In this document: piece after piece, positions 49,839-59,357 of the stretch
Position numbering within the stretch: position 1 is the first letter of the stretch
Layout of the letters: the number at the start of each line of letters is the position of its first letter
DNA from: Peribolospora baueri
Taxonomy: Eukaryota
Direction: 5' to 3'
Assembly (NCBI GenBank): GCA_029717555.1
Contig: JAMDHS010000007.1
Coordinates: forward strand, 310,001-374,000
Length of the DNA: 64,000 nt
The notes under the pieces: generated by a model
Databases searched by the model: none
What the model was told of the DNA's origin: nothing
Seen by the model: only the letters and a program-made list of their open reading frames with translations
Position numbers and translations under genes: made by a program

Positions 49839-50289
49839 TTTGTACTCCGTAGGTCACCACTCGAGCTACTCTGCCTTAGCACGCCTGTAAGACGCTATTC
49901 GGTTACGATGTCTCTTGGCGGACACGGGACGCTTCGCGTCCGAGCCGCAGGGCGTCACGCAACACAGCACAAGCTTTCTTCGATCCGCCCAGACCTCAAC
50001 TTATTTAACCCATGCCGACGCCGGCCCCCATCCGTGTGTGTCCCGCCACTGCCGTCTTCGACCCCGCGCAAGCGCGAACGAAGGACGCCTCATCCATCCG
50101 AGTCGACGCTCAAAACATGAGAGCGAGTCTCGAGCAAGGCGGGCGAGGTGAGGTCATCGTCATAATTAATGCCTTGTTGAGGCCTGATTCAGGAGGTTCG
50201 CTCAAATGCAATATGATACACCCACGCGTGTCCATCTACCCTCCCAAGCAAGACCTCCCTACACCTACGAAAACCAGCTTGCCGCCGCG

Positions 50290-51760
50290 TCACCTCTTCA
50301 GCCAGCTTCGCCAAGACGACCCGCTCGATGCTCCGCTCTCATCAGCGTCACGAGGGCGGAAAACTGTGGAGATCACGTCCTTCGCCTCGACGCGGGGTAG
50401 GGGGCGTCTCGCAAAGGCACCACGGGCGATGCCGATGGGGGAAGTGCTCCATCGAGCGCGACGGCCTCTTGGTTTGCCCCCCCGCTCCATCGACGCCCCT
50501 TCCTCTCCTGTCCGCCCCGTCCTGAAGATCGACTCAGCGAGAGAGGAAGGCGCCTCGCCGGCCAACCTCCTCCTACCCCCAGTAGGCAACGTCCTCGCGG
50601 GGGAGCCCTGAGAAGGATCCTCAAGAGGCGAAACCTTGAGAGATTCGTATTTTTCCACGTTCGGACCCCACGGTGGGAGGGTGTCTTGGGCGCGCAGAAT
50701 GGCGAGGTGGTGGCGTGCGCGGGCTTCGAGGCGTTCCAAAATCGATGTTGAGTTGGCGGAAGAGGGAGAAGGAGAGGGGGAAGAGGAAGCGGATCGGAAG
50801 AGCTTCTTCACGTTCCTCCTCGTGAATTCCCTCAGCACGGGGCTCTCGATCAACAAAAGCCCTCCGTCCTGCGCCTTTCCTTCCGGCCCCACGGCGCTCC
50901 CTACACCTCGCTGAAGAAAGTTCTCCCTCGCTACGGCCCTAGCGACCATCTCTAGCTTGATGTCGTACGGGTTGTCCACGAGCTCGAGTACAGCCGTAGG
51001 GGCATTGTCGCCAGGACGATTGCCGAACAGGTGAATACGAGTGTAGCCGCCTGGGCGCGAGATATAACGCGGGCCGATGACATCGAAGAGCTTCGGGACC
51101 GTCTTCTTGGGAGACTGAAGGGCGTGAAATATCAAAAGATTCGATAGAAGTGGCGAAATGAGAAGGGAAGTCGATGAGCGCCGCGAACTTCTTTGATGAG
51201 ACAAGAATCTCAGTGTCACGCCTCCCTCACCATCAAAAAGCCAGTTGCTGCATTCCTGGCGTGTCTGTCGCCCTTCTTTCCGATCGTGATAATCTGCGTG
51301 AGTGAAGCGAAGCCAGAGAGTGGACGGAATTGGCTCGTGGCGCCGGCAATGAGTGGCTACTCTGTGCTACTCCAGGAGACAAGACGAAAGGCAAAGTGCA
51401 CCTTCTCAGCAAGCCGAGCGGCCTCCTTCGCCTTGGGCACAGTGGTCTGGATCTGCTCGTGCTCGATCAAAGAGGACACCATGTTCCTGAAAGGCGGGCC
51501 GTGGCAAGACAGACAAACGGTACAGGGAAGAAAAGTGAGCGAGTCAAAGGCGCCAAATCGTGTGGATGAACTTGAGTTGTTCAGGGTCTACTTCAACGCT
51601 CACCGGAGCATGAGTCCTCGATGGGACGCTGGTGAGAAAGGAGATGGCCAAGTCAACGCCAGCGCACGGCACGTAGACTAACCCCGAAAAAACACACAAC
51701 GGGTCATCTGCCGCTCGACTCACGCGTCCTCTGCAGCTTTCTAAAAGCGTGGTTCTTCAT
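50290..51760 (-). CDS. MRPL8: Mitochondrial ribosomal protein bL17m (yeast Mrpl8) with long C-terminal extension
   Basis: Spliced [56 protein letters not shown], then [22 protein letters not shown]. Confidence 0.92.
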
Positions 51761-51768
51761 CTTTTGCT

Positions 51769-51804
<36 letters not shown>
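51769..51804. repeat. (GTC)n microsatellite in the bL17m 5' leader
   Basis: About 12 GTC units ending 8 nt before the bL17m ATG. Confidence 0.9.
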
Positions 51805-52020
51805 CTCGGCCACTTCTCCAATCCCGACCTTCTTCTTGCCCGATACCGCTCAGGTGCAGCGAGAGGCATTGCCGCAGTCGACGCGCTTTCGCACGCTCCG
51901 GCACGTCCGTCTTTCTCCGGATTGCGCACGCCACGCTCACGGCCGACCGTCCACATCTTCTCGCCGTCGCCGTCGACCTTGGTCAATCCTCATCTCGCAA
52001 CTCTCACCCGCCCGCCCGTC

Positions 52021-53013
52021 ATGTCCTTCGCTGCTCGCTCCCTCGCTCGTCCCCTCCTCTCTGTCGCGCGCTCCGCCCCGAGCGCGTCCCGCACTTACGT
52101 CCTCCGGGCCGCGGCGTCTCCCTCCATCCGCTCCTCGTCTCTTCTCTCTTCCTCCCTTCGCTCTCGTTCCCCCGCGTCCGCGATCCTCCGTCGGACGTAC
52201 GCCTCCGGCCTCGCTCACGACGATATCAAGGACCGGGTTTATGAGGTGCTGAAGAGCTTTGAGAAGGTGGACACTGCTAAGGTGCGTTTGACAATGCCAT
52301 CGGTCGGTGGAGACGTCTGCAAAGTGTGCCACACGCAGATAGGTTCATGTCATCAACCGGGCTGCGTGTGGAGGAAGTTTGACTGTAGATGGAGGCGGAC
52401 AACGCGGAGACTGTATTGCTCCGGTGTTGTGCACTCTTGGCGATTGTTAAAGTGGCGATCCGGAGAGGCTGCGTGCTGTCTGTTGCCTCGGAAGAGTTGA
52501 CATCCGTTTGAACTTACTTCTCACTTCATCCCGTCTCTTTTCCCCTTACGAACGCTTTCTGCACTTCCTCTATTCGTCATGCTCAGATCACCCCCACCTC
52601 CTCGTTCACCAACGACCTCGGTCTGGACAGCTTGGACGCCGTCGAGGTGGTCATGGCCATCGAGGAGGAGTTCGCCATCGAGATCCCTGATGAGGAGGCT
52701 GACAAGATCACCACCGTTGGTCAGGGTGAGTGGCTTGTTTCCCAACTGAAGAATGTGTACCGTTGATTCGGTCGTCTCCAACTGACATGACAATGAACTG
52801 ACATGACATCGTCACCGTATCTTTCTTGGGCCGCTGTAGCGATCGACTACATCTCGAAGACGCCTGAGGGTTAGTGTCTCTTTCAGTCTTTCCCGATTGA
52901 TTTGAATGGATGATTCTCGACGACGCATACTTACCTGCACGATGTTTTCTCTTTTCATGCTAACATTCCTTTCGACAACCCCTCCTCCTTTCCTCCACAA
53001 CACAGCCCACTAA
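52021..53013 (+). CDS. ACP1: Mitochondrial acyl carrier protein (NDUFAB1)
   Basis: Arg/Ser presequence, [40 protein letters not shown] (phosphopantetheine DSL), YISKTPE|AH*. Confidence 0.96.
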
Positions 53014-53441
53014 ACTCATGTGTTGGCCCTTCTCCGCCTGGCATGTAGTGTAGTAGAGCGAGGAGACCCGCCTTGCACCTTATCGAGCGAATCTGGGATT
53101 TGTGGCAATCCCCAAGGGAAACTTATTACGTGTCGGCTTTAACATGGGAAAGCGGTTCGGAAGTCACTGTGGTCGTTCTGTTGAAAGCCTGTGGAGCTTG
53201 AGAGCGGGCGATCCCATCGTTATCTTTGAAAGAGAATTTGGTGCACCTGGGTGTCGCCGGCCTCGATCGGCCTTCTATGCAGGAATCCGTTTGAGACGGC
53301 TGAAGCAACTCCGGAAAGATCCTCAGCCTGCTGCGGCAATATCGACCTTTCTTCTTGCCTTGGTCATTAACGGGCTGGATTTGATCAATCACCGCTACCG
53401 CTTCGATCTCGTCGTCTCCTCTGTCTTCTGCACCATTCACC

Positions 53442-54460
53442 ATGGCGTCGTTCAAGACAGCCTCCAACCTCGTACGCACTATCCTCCAGCGCTTTCCCGA
53501 GGGCGCGACTACTCGCCAGATCTTTGTCGCAGGCCTCCAGGAGATGCCTCCTGCTTCCTTCACCGCGGGAAGCGACGGCACGTCATCCTCGTCCACGGTC
53601 TCTCAAGCTGCTACCCGCTACATGCAGCCCCAAGATCCACGGCGGCGCCTTGACGGCCCGCGGGAACGGAAGGAGCCGGAATTTGAATTGAAGGCGATGG
53701 GAAAGAAGATGAAGTGGGTCGAGGTGAACCCGAGGATGGACGGCCCCCCCGCTTCGCCTTTCCCGGATCATCCTTTCAAGGGCATGACGTGGGTATCGTG
53801 CCGCATCGATTCGTTGGTAGTGTGGTGTTTGGGCTCGGTCCGCGACGAGACGAGACGGGGAGGCGGTTTATTAAAGATGCGGTGCTGACCATTCTCTTCT
53901 TCTTTTTTCACTCGTTTGTCATTTTCTGCTTGCTCGCTACATTCCGTCCTCTTGCACGTTTTCCTTCACCTGGTCCTCATCTCTTCTCCTTCTGCAGCCA
54001 CCTCAAGAAACATATCCTCAAGACGCTCGAAAGTGACCACGTCGTGATGAAGGAGCACCATTTCCTCAACCTCCTTCCCTCAGAAGCGGTCGCCCTCGGC
54101 GTCTCGCACCACTCTCGGACCGGAGCGAAGAAGAAGAAGGCGGGTAATAAGGCGGAGAAGAAGATGGAGGATGAGAAGGAGAGGACTTCAGATGACTTGG
54201 GGGAGATGGGCGCGACTAAGGAGGCGGAATTAGCGAGTGAGAAGGACGGCAAGGCGGCGGCTCAGGAGGGGGAGGGCCATGGCAAGCGGCAACAACATGA
54301 GGTTTGGATCTGGCGACTTCTCTCGGACGAGGAACGGGAAAAACGCGTGAAGGCCGAGGGGAAAGCGAACAGTCTTCGGAGTCTCGAGTTTGCTCTTGAA
54401 AATTCCTTCCGCGAGCCCAAGAAGAAGAGGGGCGGCACCAGGCTATCGATCTTCGAGTAG
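53442..54460 (+). CDS. Uncharacterised protein (two exons), possibly mitochondrial
   Basis: ATG in good context (CACCATGG). The intron ~53790-53997 joins PFPDHPFKGMT to HLKKHILKTLE in frame; the reading frame stays open to TAG 54460. Confidence 0.65.
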
Positions 54461-54665
54461 AATTAAGGAGGGAGGAATGAGATGGTCGAATTGGAGCACC
54501 GTTCAACCTTCATCGAGATTTCATATATTACTAGCTCGGGATTATAGCGCGAAAGTCCAAACATTTTCCTTTCACTCCCCTCGGTCGTTGGTTGGTCAGT
54601 GACCATGCACCGTCCGTCGGTGTCTATGCGAGCCTATGGCATCAACAAGTCGAAAACATAACCAA

Positions 54666-55583
54666 TTAGGAAGTGTAATAGCCACGCTGGGTGAGCATCC
54701 AGGTGAGGGAGGTAGCTGAAAGGAAGCGGAGGTGAGCAGAAGAAGGCGACGAAGGGTAAGCGAGGCGTCCAGCACGCTTCCATAGAGATCGTCGTTGATC
54801 TTGACGGTCACTCACTTGCAACGATCAAAGGGCTTATTAAGCCTGGCGTGCGCACGCTCGCCGTGCCGAAAAAGAACGCCTCGGAGAGGAAGTGAGCGAG
54901 TGCAATGACGTACGTCCAGATGGCAATGTCGTAGATGCTGGAATGGGGGCAGAGATGGAGAGAGCAAAAAAAAGCGAAGGAGGAGAGTGTAAGAGAGAGC
55001 TTGTCTGCTCGGCGGAACCGCAATGCGTTTGGTCTGATCAAACCGGTCAAACATTCTCGGTTTTCGGGACGTCCATCCGAATACTCACGCCGCGTCCTGG
55101 ATACGATAAGCAGCGTAGAAGCGTACGACGGCCGAGGTGAAAGTCCACACGCCGAAAGTGCGCGACGTGAGCGGGGTGACTAGAGCATCAAGTGGGGTGT
55201 CGACGGAGGTGAGCGGAATAGAGGACTAGCAAGCAAGCACCGTGAGTCTGACATGAGCGTCTTGCCCACTCACTTCCATACCCCGGCGACCCTCCCTTCC
55301 GGACCTCTTTCTCGCTGCCAGTGTGAGCAGCAGCGCGAGCGTACACCTTTCTGCTGAATGTGTCACTGAGGAAGTTTTGGAGACTGTTGAGCGCTGCAAT
55401 GGAGGAGATTAAAAGCATCCATTTGGGAAGAAGCCCCGGGTGCGCGGGGAGGTCTGTGTTTGGGTGGATCAATGGGTGGGAAAAGTGGGCGGATATGAGA
55501 GCGTGGTCCCATCGACCAAAGTATCGAAGGAGTCATCCCCTGAGCACGAGCGACACGAACGTACAGCTCATGAGCACGTCCAT
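54666..55583 (-). CDS. ERG28: Ergosterol biosynthesis scaffold Erg28
   Basis: Spliced MDVLMS|YLPAHPGLLPKWMLLIS, NSLQNF, VTPLTSRTFGVWT, IALAHFLSE, SPLIVA|TTSLTWMLTQRGYYTS*. Confidence 0.93.
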
Positions 55584-57414
55584 TGTCCTTTACCGCTTTC
55601 GGGGCGGGGGCTGAGACCGGAAAATGGGTGATCTGGAAAGAAGTGGAGCGAGGCGAGGTGATCAGGGCGAGGGACGACGAGAAGGACGGGAGCATCTGAT
55701 GGCGCTCAGCCGGCCGCATCGGTGTGCTCAAACTGATTGTAATTAATTTACACGCTCGACGCGTCGCGCGCAGGCGCTGGCGCTGGCCGGTTCGCCACGC
55801 CCGGTTGATCATCTCGTCTGCACAACGACGCCACGTCGGCAACACGTCGTCAGTTCCCTCTTCCGCTCTCTCTTCCGAACCTCACTTTTTTCCTCCCATA
55901 CTCCCAATAGATGCCACCAAGGTGTGTCGGTGCGGATAAAATGTCGTTATTTGCTGCCAGAGGCGACACGAGCCGATGCAGACAGGCTCTGCACCAGGTA
56001 GATAGATGCGCCGGCGAAGTCCGCATTAGCGGCAGTCCGCGCGTCCTCCAGTGCTTGTTTCTGCCTCTTGTCCGTCCGTCCACGTCTGCTCCTCGTCTTC
56101 TTGTTTCCCATTTCTCGTCTCTTTTTGTCTCTGTTGCCCCGCTGGGCCCCGTTGACGGCTCAAGGGGCGCAAAGAGAACTAGAAGGTCGTGTCAGGCCGT
56201 CCACTCCCCTCATCTCCATGCCGGCTTAGCAACCTTCCTTCCGCAAGCCGAGCTCGGCCTCGCAGGGGTACATAGACGCAAGGATCTATTCATGGATCCA
56301 ACCCCGAGCGGAATCGTTTCATTCGTTCCGTTGCGACGATACATATGCGCGCGGGACGATAAGCGCTCGGGCACATCTGCCCTCGTTCGTTCCATCTTTC
56401 GTTCGTCCTTTCGTTCTTCGGCGCTTTGATGACCTTCCTGGACAGCAGACGTAACGGGGAGACACACTGACGTATGTTTCTGCAGGAAGCGACTTGAATA
56501 CACGGCCCATCTCTGCTTCTGTACCGTCGCATGTAACTCGGAAGCAAAGCCGGTTGAGTGCTGACACCTGGCGCGCCTCCTCTCAGTCGGAAGACAGTTC
56601 TGTGCTGGTCGAGATGTGTCGAATGGGGCGCATATCTAGGCATAAGAAACGGAGTACACGGTGGCTCACACGCTTTTTTCTCGCCAAATTAGGACGCCTA
56701 GAACAGCACCTCGACTACATGGCCATGACAACTCCTTGGGCAGGCGGACGGCCTTGAGAGTGCCGTGCCGACACCTTCGTTGTCTTTGGGACGAACAGGT
56801 CCATCGACATGTCATGGATATGTATTCCGGTGTCTAGTATGTACATGCCAGCTGAGGCACGACGACGGCGTCAACGTCTATGTGCGTGGCCAGAACGAAA
56901 GGAAGGGAAGAGAGAAGGACGTGCAGAAAGAGGGAGAACCGGGAAAAAAAAAAGCGCAAACGAGCAGCGTGACATTCGACTGAGCAGGAAGAAGCAGAGG
57001 CAGTTCCGGGCCAGTCCAGCATGTAATGCAGTCGAATGTTGAGATCAACTGAGCATTGAGCTTGCCGACAACGGACGGCGCTCGCTGCCGCAGACGGGCT
57101 CGTAAGAGCATCGACTGCCCTTGTGCCGAAAGGAACCCACAAGCTGCTCGATGGGGTAAGGCCGAATGAGTCAAATCGTCACGATGCCTGACGCTCCAGG
57201 CCTCCTTATCTGCCGAGCTGGGATTGCCTCTGCTTGCCCCCGCTTTCCCAATCCACTCTCGCTTCGCCCGACGTGTCCCACTCCCCTGCTCTAATCTCTC
57301 TTCCCCTTCCACCCTCCTCGTTCCATCGCGTCGCCTCAACCCGACTCCCCCGCATCCTCACGACCGCCAAAATATCCCAACCACCGGAGTGTTCCCAAAT
57401 CACCTCGCGTCCGC

Positions 57415-58566
57415 TCAAACGGTCTCTACGCCGGAATACTCGCTCTCGACTCCCGGTTCAATGAAGCTAGCGTGGCCGAGGACAAGCACGGCGGAGGAGC
57501 CTACGAGCCAGAAGACGTAGGCTACCGGGGAGGAAAGGATGACAAGGGGGATACCTGTGTAGCGGGGAAAAAGAGCGCGTGATAAGGCAAGAATTTGTCA
57601 ACGACGAGGTCGGTGAGACAAATAAAGTAGCACAAAGAAGAGAAACGCTCTTACCGATGATAAAAAGACCGGCGTATAGGCTCTTCTGGGTCACAACGCG
57701 GTCGCCTACTTGCATTGGTTCCGGCGCTGGAGGGAGATGAGCGAGAGTGCGAGGGAATATTTGTTCCGCGTGAGTATGGACGTCCGACATGTCCTTTACC
57801 AACAAGAATGAACAAGTAGGAAAGTTGGCCCGAAGAGTGCGAGCATGATGGAAAACAGGCAAAGGCGAGGCTTACCAAATTTGTTAATGGCGATGAAGCC
57901 GCCGACGAGGAAGAATAGAGCTACAAGGAGGAGGGGGTTGGTCAGCCTGGCAAAGTGGGGGAGGAGATCCGCAACAATATAAAAACGACAAAGAGCTAGT
58001 AAGCACACAGCATGCTGATCAATGCGACGGAACGAAAAGGCGAACGCACAGGCCATAGACGGCGAGGATAGCGATAACGACGGCATAGTTTCCAGAGAAA
58101 TGGCGAGAGTTGTCTGAGAGAAGTGCACGAAGGAAATCGAAAGAAAGATAGGCAGAAACAAAAATGGATTAGCGGTCGATTCAAAACATGCGCAGGGGAT
58201 TTCGAGAACAAGGAACCCTTGGTGCAGGTTGCAATTGCTCGTCTGCACCTAGTGGGATAGGTCATATTGCACTCACAGGTAATGCGCTACATATGATGAC
58301 CGGCAAGAAGGGTACGTGAGAGAGAAACGGAAACACCTGCCCGTCAACGGGTTGTACCAAAAGATTGGACCTGTACCGCATCGCTCGCTCGGTTGACAGA
58401 GGAGGCCAACCCGTCTCACCTGCGTAGCCTCGTTGAGGTCGTTGGGCCTGCTAATCCTATGATGATCGAAGAACTCGTTGAGCGGACGAAGATGGGAGAG
58501 TCGCTGTTCGCGGAACTCCTTGAGGGCCTGGGTGGCGTTGGAGGTGAAGGAAAGGAGTTGGGACAT
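57415..58566 (-). CDS. YIP3: Prenylated Rab acceptor PRA1/Yip3
   Basis: LRPLNEFFD..RISRP, RITYN..YFSGNY-type exon, LTNPLLL, and C-terminal VLGHASFIEPGVESEYSGVETV*. Confidence 0.88.
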
Positions 58567-59357
58567 GGTCGCAGTGGACAGCGATGAAAGATGACGAGGG
58601 GATGAAAAGAGGCGTGGAAGATGAGGCGGCGCTGAGCACGGCGTTCCAGGAATGGTCGACACGTGGAATCCGAAATAGGGAGAGTGCGCGTCAAGTAGGG
58701 TTGCCGCAGCCGATCAGGAGACAGGGCCCGAAACGGTGGTCGTTGCTGTAGTTGGGACCACACCACCGGTCGAACCACAGTCGTGTCTCCTTTGGAAGGA
58801 GACACCACCATGTTTTCTCTTTTGTGTGGCGCACACTTGTAAGATAATAGGTTACCACCTCCCTTGTCTTTGTAGAGTCTCCTCCCCATGAATGGAGACA
58901 CCATTGTTTGCCCTTGATTCGGTGGCACCAAGACGATGTCCGAATCTCTGGGCGTCACAAAAGGCATCGATACAACGCTCAGTTTTTTTCCGAATGAAGA
59001 CGTCTTAATGTGTAAATCAGTTTTCCACCCCGAAATCAAAGGTGATGAGAAGTGGGAGCAAAGGAGAGTGTTTATAAATGGCCCATGAAGAGGAAATGAC
59101 CTATGCACTACGTATTTGATCGGAACTGTGGCTAGTCACGTGAACCTATATAATAACCCTAACCGGTCATCCGATCCGTGTCTGCATGCTCGTCACCGTG
59201 ATAATAATGAGTCTTACGGAGTCATCATTTTGTGTTCCACCTCACCACTTCCGTCTCCAACCCGTTTTGCTTCACGGCTTCCATCTCTCTCGCTTCTTCT
59301 CCTAGATACAGATTGGTCTTTTGGACATTTTCTTCAGTCATTCAGAGAACGAGTACC

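Noticed and set aside
52927..52937. ATACTTACCTG, identical to the 5' end of U1 snRNA
   Set aside because: It lies in the last ACP1 intron. No U1-70K loop, correctly spaced TTGCAC loop or Sm site follows, so it is treated as chance.
56427..56470. TGATGA...CTGA as a box C/D snoRNA
   Set aside because: Only ~45 nt long, the CTGA doubles as a branch-point motif, and I recognise no rRNA guide.
57153..57165. RNase P CR-I-like GGGGTAAGGCCG
   Set aside because: No AGARA CR-II or complementary CR-V lies downstream outside the YIP3 coding sequence, so it is not called RNase P.
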